The notes under the pieces: generated by a model | The model's input: the letters and a program-made list of their open reading frames with translations, nothing else | Told to the model about the DNA's origin: nothing | Databases searched by the model: none | Assembly: GCA_016710285.1 (NCBI GenBank) | Contig: JADJXR010000001.1 | Location: 3,573,232 to 3,637,231 of the forward strand | DNA: 64,000 nt | Direction: 5' to 3' | Origin: Chlorobiota bacterium | GTDB taxonomy: Bacteria; Bacteroidota; Ignavibacteria; OLB7 | Made by a program: the position numbers and the translations under genes | Shown here: positions 51,107-59,490 of the stretch, one piece after another | How the letters are laid out: each line of letters begins with the position of its first letter | How positions within the stretch are numbered: the stretch's first letter is position 1

Positions 51107-51559
51107 TTACGGGTTGCGGCGGACGCTTGATTCCTGCGAGCTGCTGTTGCTGCTGCTTGGCGTGCGGCGGACGCTTGATTCTTGCGAGCTGTTGGTGCTT
51201 CCACCGCGGCGAACTTCCGATTCTTTTGCGGTGTTCTGCCCCGGGCGGCGTGTTTCCGATTCGGCTGGCTTATTCTCCGAAGGCTTCGCGGTGGATTTTG
51301 CTGCCGCGCCCTTGTCTTTGTCGCCGTGATCGTGGCCATCGTGGTCATCATGCTTCATCGCTGCCGAGTCAGGCTTCATTGCGGAGTCGGCCTTCGCGGT
51401 GTCCATCGGGGTTGGCGTTGGCATTGGTGCGGGGGCTGGCATGGTCATCGTGTCTTTCTTTGTGGTGTCGGTTGCCGGTGGCTCTTCCGACTTTTTGCCG
51501 CAGGCCACAAACGTCAGTGTGGTAAGGGCCAGGGTTAGGATAATCGAGCGTGTTTTCAT
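51107..51559 (-). CDS. Small lipoprotein with a His/Asp-rich segment and C-terminal tandem repeats
   Basis: Lipobox LTFVACGKK. AMKHDDHDGHDHGDKDK. C-terminal ...SSQESSVRR... repeated, encoded by tandem roughly 54-bp DNA repeats at 51110-51220. Confidence 0.45.
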   Translation of the reverse strand: MKTRSIILTLALTTLTFVACGKKSEEPPATDTTKKDTMTMPAPAPMPTPTPMDTAKADSAMKPDSAAMKHDDHDGHDHGDKDKGAAAKSTAKPSENKPAESETRRPGQNTAKESEVRRGGSTNSSQESSVRRTPSSSNSSSQESSVRRNP

Positions 51560-51774
51560 GGTTGGTTGTTCGGATAAACTTGAATGGTTGGATGCTTCTT
51601 GCATAAGCCGCCGCAAAGATAGCAGATGCAAAGCGAAGTGCTGTGAGGAATTTTCGCGCCCGAAGATTAACCGTGGGATCAACCCCACCCTGAACCCCTT
51701 CTCGCCTAACGTTCTGCTACATATTCCCCCTGCGTAACGGCGTGCGTCGCGGGCTATATTTGCAGCCCGCAAAC

Positions 51775-51848
51775 GGGGTTATGGCACAGTTGGTTAGCGC
51801 GCTTCCTTGACATGGAAGAGGTCACAGGTTCGAGTCCTGTTAACCCCA
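51775..51848 (+). tRNA. tRNA-Val (anticodon GAC)
   Basis: Acceptor GGGGTTA/TAACCCC, D-arm GCACAGTTGGTTAGCGC, anticodon stem CTTCC/GGAAG with loop TTGACAT, T-arm CAGGTTCGAGTCCTG. Confidence 0.88.
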
Positions 51849-51850
51849 CA

Positions 51851-51892
51851 AACAACGGCGATTCCGCAAATGGAGTCGCCGTTGTTTTTTTT
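51851..51892 (+). terminator. Rho-independent terminator after tRNA-Val
   Basis: AACGGCGA-TTCCGCAAATGGAG-TCGCCGTT stem followed by T8. Confidence 0.7.
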
Positions 51893-51962
51893 GATGGTGG
51901 AATCATTCTTTCCGCTGTGGAAGGGGGAAGGAATGCGTAATCTTTCCGGTATCCAAGCCGAT

Positions 51963-52875
51963 ATCATCAAGAAGGTAGCCGCCCCGACCTCCGTCGGGAT
52001 TGATAAAAGGTCTTTAGCCTTCGGTGTTCAGGCCGCGTTGGCTCCGTGCGTTGCTCCCCCTCTTGGGAGGGGCTGGGGGGTGGGTTTGGGGACACCCGCG
52101 AACCGGGTGTTGCTTTCCCGAATCTCAGGATCAGAAACTTCCCGTGCCACCGCAACCCCCGCGCCCTGCATTGCTTCCCCCGAACCCACCCCGCCCTATC
52201 GGGCACCCCTCCGTTGGAGGGGGACTACTTGTGAGGGTTCGGAGAAAACTCGCGGACGGGCTTGTGGGCGGCTCCCCCTCTTGGGAGGGGGCTAGGGGGT
52301 GGGTTTGGGGACACCCGCGAACCGAGCGTTGCTTTCCGAATCTCAGGATCAGGCAGGGCGGGGTAGTCGCAGGTCTTTAGCCTGCGCGGGGACACCCGCG
52401 AACCGGGCATTGCTTCCCGAATCTCAGGATCAGAAACTTCCCGTGCCACTGCAACCCCCGCGCCCTGCATTGCTTCCCCCGAACCCACCCCGCCCTATCG
52501 GGCACCCCTCCGTTGGAGGGGGACTACTTGTGAGGGTTCGGAGAAAACTCGCGGACGGGCTTGTGGGCGGCTCCCCCTCTTGGGAGGGGGCTAGGGGGTG
52601 GGTTTGGGGACACCCGCGAACCGAGCGTTGCTTTCCGAATCTCAGGATCAGGCAGGGCGGGGTAGTCGCAGGTCTTTAGCCTGCGCGGGGACACCCGCGA
52701 ACCGGGCATTGCTTCCCGAATCTCAGGATCAGAAACTTCCCGTGCCACTGCAACCCCCGCGCCCTGCATTGCTTCCCCCGAACCCACCCCGCCCTATCGG
52801 GCACCCCTCCGTTGGAGGGGGACTACTTGTGAGGGTTCGGAGAAAACTCGCGGGCGGGCTTTGTCAGACTTTCAG
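51963..52875. repeat. One family-1 partial unit followed by about 2.8 tandem copies of a roughly 299-bp composite GC-rich repeat
   Basis: Exact 299-bp periodicity: identical ORFs 52225..52488 and 52524..52787, and 52299..52679 versus 52598..52888. Internal palindromes CCCCTCTTGGGAGGGGG and CCCCTCCGTTGGAGGGGG. Twice-per-unit motif GGGGACACCCGCGAACCG...TCCGAATCTCAGGATCAG. Also contains GCAGGTCTTTAGCCTGC. Confidence 0.8.
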
Positions 52876-53502
52876 TTTCAAAAAATAAAGGTCGTTGATG
52901 TTATCCCACAAAAAAACATGGTCTTGTTTAAGTGAAAGGTCTGGTCCGTATGGTCTTTCTGTTTTATACCGTAGGATAGTTCCTGATTTATATTCTTTGC
53001 CGTGTCGAAAATCAAAATCTGATGTGTCTGGCGAATAGTTGCCCTGGTTGTAATAATGTGAATGATCTGTTGCAAGAATAAAATAGCAAAGGTCAATGCC
53101 ATGATCTTTGTATAATTCAAGGTTTGAAATGTCCTTGAATACATCATAACGATTATTAGGTTCTCGGTGATTCTCTTTCTTGAAAAACTTTAGTTCAAAA
53201 GCTGCTTTCGTTACAGTGCTATTGTCTTGGTAGCTTATCAGTATATCCACTCTTGCTCTGTCGGATTTGCTTTTTATGCTTGCTTCGTTGAGTGAAACGT
53301 ATGTCTCGAATTCAAGGTGAAATTTGTCAGCAAGTCTAAATTCATACAACCGCCCCAAAGTTTTTAGGATGTGTCCAAATTCAAGTTGAAAAGCATTTTC
53401 ATTTCTTGCTGTCAGCCCGCCAAAAGCAAGTTTATGAGTCAGGAGCTTGTATGCTGTCTCAATAATTTCTTCTGTCAGTCTAATTTGGTTTTCTTTTAGC
53501 AT
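52864..53502 (-). CDS. Hypothetical protein with a PD-(D/E)xK-like motif
   Basis: Low-GC codon usage. Segments FQLEFGHIL ... RVDILISYQDNSTVTKAAFELKFFK fit an E...D...ExK restriction-endonuclease-like pattern. Confidence 0.35.
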   Translation of the reverse strand: MLKENQIRLTEEIIETAYKLLTHKLAFGGLTARNENAFQLEFGHILKTLGRLYEFRLADKFHLEFETYVSLNEASIKSKSDRARVDILISYQDNSTVTKAAFELKFFKKENHREPNNRYDVFKDISNLELYKDHGIDLCYFILATDHSHYYNQGNYSPDTSDFDFRHGKEYKSGTILRYKTERPYGPDLSLKQDHVFLWDNINDLYFLKLKV

Positions 53503-53597
53503 TTATCAGGACGATGGTGCTTTATTCTCAACGCAAATGCGTTTTTTATTTTCAAGAACAGCAAGTGAGAGAAGGTCTTTAGTCTTCGGTTGTAAAA

Positions 53598-54089
53598 TCA
53601 GACCCCATGGTTAGCAACATTGTTTGTGATTTCGCTGGGGAGCAAGCTGTGCAAGTCAAACAACGGGAGGATAAGATTGGCGAAAGGAGTATTGGCAAGT
53701 TTGCTAAGTAGCAAACCTCGTGTGGTTCCTACAGATGCGCTGGTCATCGTCGCAGCAATCCATCCGGGAATTTCAATATTTCCCCCTGATTCCTTTAGGC
53801 CATGGATCTGATACTTGGAATTGGTTGTGATTGATGCCAGCATCCCTGATTTTGATTTTTTGTGTCCTTCCCATGAAATTTCTACAGAGATGATGAGCGT
53901 GGATGTCGCACCAGTAGCAGCATTAATACTACGCCGCACAGTGATGGCATAATGAATTCCACTGATCTCAGCTGGATCCGGATTGGAAATCTCGAATGTC
54001 TCAACGGAGCAGTCAGCAAAAACAAGGCCGATTGGGGGCGCGGCGGGGGGAGCATCTCCATTTTTAGAGCGAGAGTTTTTCTTGGCCAT
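53598..54089 (-). CDS. Hypothetical protein (163 aa), no recognisable domain
   Basis: ORF in the AT-rich island, co-directional with the TA genes. Low-complexity N-terminus. Confidence 0.3.
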   Translation of the reverse strand: MAKKNSRSKNGDAPPAAPPIGLVFADCSVETFEISNPDPAEISGIHYAITVRRSINAATGATSTLIISVEISWEGHKKSKSGMLASITTNSKYQIHGLKESGGNIEIPGWIAATMTSASVGTTRGLLLSKLANTPFANLILPLFDLHSLLPSEITNNVANHGV

Positions 54090-54564
54090 AGCTCTGCGAT
54101 TTTTGAGTTTTTGAAGAGATCATTTCGTTAGAATTATTAACGACAAGGGTTCCGAACTCATTGACGCTTTGTGAGCTTAGATGGAATGATTCAGAAGAAG
54201 AGAGCGGGGTGTTTGTCTTCCCGTAGGTGATAATGGTGGTTATGGAGCCATCACTATTTTTTAGTTTTTCAATCTGCCTGGTAAACGCTGTTGAGGCCAC
54301 GGCTTCGGGGAAATTTTGAGCTACTTCCAGCAACCGCCGCGCCGGTCCTTTTGGGCGGCGGCGGCCTTGTTCCCAGCCTTCAAGGGTGCGCTGGCTAATG
54401 CCCAGCATCAGCGCAAATTTTGCTTGGGACATCCCCATTTTGTTCCGAATCTCCTTCGCATCAGGAATTTGGTAGTAGGTAATGCGCGATGGCTGCTTTT
54501 TGCCTGCGCGTATCTCCTGCAAGTCGGAAAGTGCATGTTCCAACGATGTCAATAAGCTATCCAT
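54064..54564 (-). CDS. HTH (XRE-like) antitoxin, HigA-2/NadS-like
   Basis: IRNKMGMSQAKFALMLGISQRTLEGWEQGRRRPKGPARRLLEVAQNFPE matches antitoxins paired with Gp49/HigB-2-type toxins. It overlaps the toxin-like ORF by 8 nt. Confidence 0.6.
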   Translation of the reverse strand: MDSLLTSLEHALSDLQEIRAGKKQPSRITYYQIPDAKEIRNKMGMSQAKFALMLGISQRTLEGWEQGRRRPKGPARRLLEVAQNFPEAVASTAFTRQIEKLKNSDGSITTIITYGKTNTPLSSSESFHLSSQSVNEFGTLVVNNSNEMISSKTQKSQSYGQEKLSL

Positions 54565-54757
54565 GAAGATTTTTAATAATGGTTTGAAGGATGGTTATTT
54601 CTTCTCTTGTGAGGTCGCTTTTCTGCCGCTTGCTGTATGCCGCAATCAGGTAGATATCCCCTTGTCTGCTCCGATAGTAGTAGATCACCCTTGCACCGCC
54701 ACGTTTGCCCCCTTTATGTTGCTCCGTTAATGCCTCAAAGATAGCATGGTGTTTCAC
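54557..54757 (-). CDS. RelE/ParE-superfamily (Gp49/HigB-2-like) toxin, N-terminally short (66 aa, GTG start, in-frame stop immediately upstream)
   Basis: GGARVIYYYRSRQGDIYLIAAYSKRQKSDLTREEITILQTIIKNL matches the conserved C-terminal half of HigB-2/Gp49-like toxins. Confidence 0.5.
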   Translation of the reverse strand: MKHHAIFEALTEQHKGGKRGGARVIYYYRSRQGDIYLIAAYSKRQKSDLTREEITILQTIIKNLHG

Positions 54758-54845
54758 TAGTCAGAGAGGAAATGATTCCTTCCGTTGATTCCGTGATCCC
54801 ACCAAGTTGCTCCGCACCAACTTCATCCCTATGTTTGGCCCGCCG

Positions 54846-56915
54846 ATGAACGATCTACCAAACTCTCAACCCGCCAGCAACGCTCCAGAACCGGAGCCGC
54901 TGGAGCTTCCCCTTTCCTTGCAGGATAAGCTGAACAACCTTCCGCCGGACCCGGGGGTGTACCAGTATTTCGACCGCGACGGGAAGGTGATCTACGTTGG
55001 CAAGGCCAAAAACCTGCGCAACCGCGTCCGCAGCTACTTCCAGCAGGGCCGCCCGCACGACGCAAAAACCCGCGCACTGGTGGCGAAAATTGCCGACCTG
55101 CAGACCATCGTCACCGACTCCGCCGTCGAGGCCCTAATCCTTGAAGACACCCTGATTAAAAAACTGCGGCCACGCTACAACATCCTGCTGAAGGATGATA
55201 AAACGTACCCGTACATCCGCGTCACCAACGAGCCGTTCCCCCGCGTGTTCAGCACCCGAACCCGGGTCCGCGACGGCAGCCGCTACTTCGGTCCCTTCAC
55301 CGATGTGAAGTATGTCCGCTACTTGCTGAAAACCCTTCGCTCAATCTTCCCAATCCGCTCCTGCGACCTTACGTTGAACGATGAAACGATTGCCGCCGGC
55401 AAGTTCAAGGTCTGTTTGGATTTCCACATCGGGAAATGCCAAGGGCCATGCGAAGGATTGGTAAGCCAAGCCGACTACCGCGAAATGATCCGCCAAGTGA
55501 TGCAGGTCCTGAACGGAAAAACCCGCGAACTTGAACGCACCCTTGAGCTTGACATGGGCCACCTTGCCGAAGCGATGCGGTTCGAGGAAGCCGCCGCCAT
55601 GCGGAACCGTTTGCAGAAACTGCGCGAGTACAGCGGCAAGCAAAAAGTCGTCAGCGAGGACCTTACCGACCGCGACATCATTGCCTGCGTTGCCGAGGAC
55701 GACGACGCTTGCGCGGTGATCTTCCGCGTGCGCGACGGGCGGATGGTGGGGCGGCAGCACCATTACCTGAGCGGCGTGCTGCAGATGCCGCAGCCGGAAA
55801 TCCTCCGGAACGTTATCGAACGCCATTACTCCACCGCCGAGTCTATCCCCGAAGAATTGCTTCTGCCGATTGAGTTGGAGGACGATGGCGAGCTGATTGA
55901 GCGATTCCTAACCGACCGCCGCGCCGAAGGGAAGGTCCGGCTGGCGGTGCCGAAAATTGGCGACAAGCAGAAGCTGGTGGCAATGGCCCAGACGAACGCA
56001 AAGTTCCTGCTGGATGAGCTGAAGTTGCAGCGAATGAAACGGAGCGACATGGTCCCGCGCCCCGTGCAAAGCCTGCAGCGCGACTTGGGCCTGAAGAAAC
56101 CGCCGCGCCGGATTGAGTGCTTCGACAACTCCAATATCCAGGGGACCGACCCGGTTTCCTCCATGGTCTGCTTTGTGGACGGCCAGCCGCGCCGAAGCGA
56201 GTACCGGAAGTTCAACGTGAAAACCGTTGTTGGCCCGAACGATTTCGAGACGATGCGCGAGGTTGTTGGCCGCCGCTACCGCCGCGTGCTGAACGAAGGC
56301 CTTGCGCTTCCGGACCTGATTGTGATTGACGGCGGGAAAGGGCAGGTGGGGGCGGCAATGGAGGTGCTTCAGCAGCTGAACCTTGAGCATATCCCCCTGA
56401 TTGGATTGGCCAAACGATTGGAGGAAGTGGTGGTCCCGGGCCAGCGCGACACGTTGCTGTTGCCCCGTTCCTCCAGCAGCCTTCGGCTTCTGCAGCAAAT
56501 CCGCGACGAGGCTCACCGCTTTGCCATCACCTTCCACCGGACGCTTCGGAACCGGCGCACCTTGCAGACCGAGCTAACGAACGTCCCAGGAATCGGCACG
56601 AAAACGGCGCAAAAAATTTTTGAGACGTTCGGCTCCGTTCGCGGGGTCATTGCGGCCTCGTTGCAGGAATTGCAGCAGGTGCTGGGCCCCAAAACGGGGC
56701 AAGCCTTGCACGAGTACTTCCAGGCCAAAGCCGCCGCGCTCTCCGCCGCCGCCGCCGAAGAAGGCCCCGCAACCGACGAGCAAGAAGACGACATCCAACT
56801 GATGAGCGACGACGGCCAATTGGAGGGGGATGAAGAAATGGAGCGCGATGAAGAACGCAACGGAGATGCGGAGGAAGAGCCGGAAGAGTTCGCCGGGGAA
56901 GGGGAATTGGAGTAG
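54846..56915 (+). CDS. uvrC: Excinuclease ABC subunit C with an unusual acidic C-terminal tail
   Basis: GIY-YIG (GVYQYFDRDGKVIYVGKAKNLRNR), UvrBC-interaction region, RNaseH-like endonuclease domain, (HhH)2, then about 70 aa of D/E-rich tail. Confidence 0.9.
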   Translation: MNDLPNSQPASNAPEPEPLELPLSLQDKLNNLPPDPGVYQYFDRDGKVIYVGKAKNLRNRVRSYFQQGRPHDAKTRALVAKIADLQTIVTDSAVEALILEDTLIKKLRPRYNILLKDDKTYPYIRVTNEPFPRVFSTRTRVRDGSRYFGPFTDVKYVRYLLKTLRSIFPIRSCDLTLNDETIAAGKFKVCLDFHIGKCQGPCEGLVSQADYREMIRQVMQVLNGKTRELERTLELDMGHLAEAMRFEEAAAMRNRLQKLREYSGKQKVVSEDLTDRDIIACVAEDDDACAVIFRVRDGRMVGRQHHYLSGVLQMPQPEILRNVIERHYSTAESIPEELLLPIELEDDGELIERFLTDRRAEGKVRLAVPKIGDKQKLVAMAQTNAKFLLDELKLQRMKRSDMVPRPVQSLQRDLGLKKPPRRIECFDNSNIQGTDPVSSMVCFVDGQPRRSEYRKFNVKTVVGPNDFETMREVVGRRYRRVLNEGLALPDLIVIDGGKGQVGAAMEVLQQLNLEHIPLIGLAKRLEEVVVPGQRDTLLLPRSSSSLRLLQQIRDEAHRFAITFHRTLRNRRTLQTELTNVPGIGTKTAQKIFETFGSVRGVIAASLQELQQVLGPKTGQALHEYFQAKAAALSAAAAEEGPATDEQEDDIQLMSDDGQLEGDEEMERDEERNGDAEEEPEEFAGEGELE

Positions 56916-56935
56916 CTGACGGAGAAGGGAGCAAG

Positions 56936-57195
56936 TGAAGGTAGCCGTCCCAATTGAATCGGGGCGGTGTGATCTTCGTTCTTCGTGCGTTGGCCCCGTG
57001 CGTTGCTCCCCCTCTTGGGAGGGGGTTGGGGGGTGGGTTGGGGACACACGCGAAACAGCGTCCCTTTCCGAATCTCAGGACCAGAGCCTTCCGCGGTCAG
57101 CGCGAACCGCCGCCCGTTCGGTGGTTCCCCCGAACCCACCCCGCCCTGTCGGGCACCCCTCCGTGGGAGGGGAATGCTTCGGGGGGGGGCGGAGG
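56936..57195. repeat. Partial copy of repeat family 1 (GGTAGCCGTCCC) fused to a family-2 unit
   Basis: GTTGCTCCCCCTCTTGGGAGGGGG...GGGACACACGCGAAACAG...TCCGAATCTCAGGACCAG...CCCCCGAACCCACCCCGCCCTGTCGGGCACCCCTCCGTGGGAGGGG. Confidence 0.7.
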
Positions 57196-57275
57196 TAGGA
57201 TGGCGCGGCACAGATCAGCAACATGATAGCGAATCAACACATCAAAAACTCAACAACAGACCGAACCATTTCCAC

Positions 57276-58475
57276 ATGAGCAGTTTTCAGATTGGCGACA
57301 TCTTCCTGTTCCCCCTTCGCGACCGGATGTACGGCGTTGGGAAATTCGTGATGGAGCATAACCTTGCGTTGCAGCACAGCTACATGATTGCCGTCTATGA
57401 CCGGGTGATCGAGCTGGACCCGGCAGTTCTGAACGACCTGTATGCCCCCTTGCCCGACATCAGCCACGAGCTGAACGGCATTGAGCAAGAAGAAGCATTG
57501 GTCAACACCGTGATGCTGACCGCAATCGGCATCCGCGCCACCGAGGTCCACGTGGTTGCCCATGCCGACATCCACGAAAGCGACCGCGACGGATACCTGA
57601 CCTGGCTCTACGTCAAAAAATATGAGGCCCTGCAGAAAGGCTTGATTAAAGAAGAAGAGGAGGCCGCAGCCGAGGAAGAAACAACCGAGGAGGAAGGGGA
57701 GGAGATGGAGCAAGCAGAGATGGAGCAACCGGAAATGGAAGGAACCGAAGGGGAAGAAGATGCTGGGCCAGAGCCTGAATCGAGCAATGCAAACATTGTG
57801 GAGGACCAGCGCCAAACCGCCGCTGCGGCAACCATCCCGGCCCCGGCCGAGCCGAAAAAACCGTTGACGATGGTCCCGATTCTTTCACCCACCGGCGAGG
57901 TTCTTCGCGAGGTTCGGATCCGGTTGTGGCATCTGCATGTTTTTGAGGTAAGCGTGGGGGAGGCGTTGTTCGGGATGTACAAAAATTTCATGATGCCGGA
58001 GCTTGCCAGCACACGGATTGGGGCCTACATCATTGCCCACTACGACCACCGCAACGTTGGCCGCGTTCGCCAGCTTGCCGACGCACTTGTTGAAGGGGAT
58101 TTCGGCGCGGGGCACGAACTGATTGAGTTCGGCGACACCGCCGCCCAGGTGCTGGCATTGAAACTGAAAGAACCGCTGGAGCCGGAGGTGATGGGGGATG
58201 TACTACAGATTCTGGGCGACATCGGGGTGGACCGCGGCTACGACCTGATTGCGGCGTTTGTAGCAGAGCATGGCATGGACGAATCGGGCCGATACTACGC
58301 CCAAGCGTGGCGCGGGTACTGCAACGCCGTGGTGAACACCGGCGGCGATTCCGCACCGTTGCAGCCATACCTTCCCCAGCTGAAAACCATCACCCACCCG
58401 GAACTCCGCAGCGATATCCGAATCGCCCTGGAGTCAGTAACCAACAAAGCGGTGGAAGGGGCGGTGGATGGGTGA
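57276..58475 (+). CDS. Hypothetical protein with a central acidic linker
   Basis: Start at MSSFQIGDIFLF. An E-rich linker separates two domains. No family recognised. The longer ORF upstream reads through the repeat and is disregarded. Confidence 0.4.
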   Translation: MSSFQIGDIFLFPLRDRMYGVGKFVMEHNLALQHSYMIAVYDRVIELDPAVLNDLYAPLPDISHELNGIEQEEALVNTVMLTAIGIRATEVHVVAHADIHESDRDGYLTWLYVKKYEALQKGLIKEEEEAAAEEETTEEEGEEMEQAEMEQPEMEGTEGEEDAGPEPESSNANIVEDQRQTAAAATIPAPAEPKKPLTMVPILSPTGEVLREVRIRLWHLHVFEVSVGEALFGMYKNFMMPELASTRIGAYIIAHYDHRNVGRVRQLADALVEGDFGAGHELIEFGDTAAQVLALKLKEPLEPEVMGDVLQILGDIGVDRGYDLIAAFVAEHGMDESGRYYAQAWRGYCNAVVNTGGDSAPLQPYLPQLKTITHPELRSDIRIALESVTNKAVEGAVDG

Positions 58476-58558
58476 GCTTGGCGGCGGAAGCATGAAAAAA
58501 TGGAGGGAGTAGAGATTGTCTCTGCTCCCTCCATTTTTTTGGATTTGCCTCTCGCGTG

Positions 58559-59329
58559 CTATCCCCGCCGCGAGACCTGTGTTGCCGAGGCCTGCGCGGT
58601 GGGGAACAGAAGCATCTCGGCAACGGCAACGTGGGCCGGACGAGTGGCGCAGTACACGACGGCATCGGCGACATCATCGGGGGTGAGGGGCGTTAGGCCA
58701 TGATAGACGGCTGCGGCACGCTCCTGATCCCCATGGAATCGGACAACGGAGAATTCCGTTTCCACCAGCCCCGGGTCCACCGTCGTGACGCGGACTCCGG
58801 TCCCGAGCAAATCCAGCCGCATCCCGGCGGTGATGGCCGCCACCGCGTGCTTGGTGGCGCAATAGACATTCCCTTTTGGATAGACCTCGTGCCCGGCCAC
58901 CGACCCAATATTGATGACGTGGCCCTTCCCCCGCAGGATCATCCCGGGCAGCACCGCTCGGCTGACGTAGAGCAGGCCTTTCACGTTGGTGTCAATCATC
59001 TCCTCCCAATCGTGCAAACTCCCTTCCTGGATGGTGTCCAGCCCGCGGCTTAGGCCAGCGTTGTTTACCAGCAGATCAATTGCTTGCCATTCTTCTGGGA
59101 GCGTATCCACCGCTTGTTGGACGGCGGGTTGGTTGCGAACATCCAGCCGCAGCGGAAGCACATCGGTTCCGGCATCGCGAAGCTGGGCGGCAAGTTCCTG
59201 AAGGCGTTCTTCGCGGCGTGCGGCAACAATCAGCCGCGCGCCGTGCTTGGCCAACTGCTGGGCGCAGGCCAATCCAATCCCCGAGGTTGCCCCGGTGATG
59301 AAGGCAATGCTTCCTGATAATGAGGTCAT
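58559..59329 (-). CDS. SDR-family NADP-dependent oxidoreductase (YdfG/serine 3-dehydrogenase-like)
   Basis: ITGATSGIG, NNAG and Y-x3-K (YCATKHAV) motifs. Confidence 0.85.
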   Translation of the reverse strand: MTSLSGSIAFITGATSGIGLACAQQLAKHGARLIVAARREERLQELAAQLRDAGTDVLPLRLDVRNQPAVQQAVDTLPEEWQAIDLLVNNAGLSRGLDTIQEGSLHDWEEMIDTNVKGLLYVSRAVLPGMILRGKGHVINIGSVAGHEVYPKGNVYCATKHAVAAITAGMRLDLLGTGVRVTTVDPGLVETEFSVVRFHGDQERAAAVYHGLTPLTPDDVADAVVYCATRPAHVAVAEMLLFPTAQASATQVSRRG

Positions 59330-59490
59330 TCCGTTATCCTTTTTCTTCGATACTGTGTTGTGGGTGTGGAAACTACGCCAATTTTGCCGGAGCCGGATGC
59401 GGGGAAAACCTTGTCACATCCTGATGATCGGGCTATCTTTTCCGGCGCGTTGCGCAAACCCACTCAAGTTGATAACTCCCAAATCGAACC

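Larger units (their letters stand above)
52876..54770. other. AT-rich (about 38% GC) genomic islet between the repeat arrays and uvrC, about 1.0 kb downstream of tRNA-Val, with four minus-strand genes
   Basis: There is a sharp composition drop from about 62% GC elsewhere. All four genes are co-oriented: HigB-like, HigA-like, a 163-aa unknown and a 212-aa unknown. No integrase or att repeat was seen. Confidence 0.55.

Noticed and set aside
52876-54770. Prophage or integrative element with integrase at tRNA-Val
   Set aside because: No integrase, excisionase, transposase or direct repeat of the tRNA 3' end could be found in or around the islet. It is only called a compositionally atypical islet.
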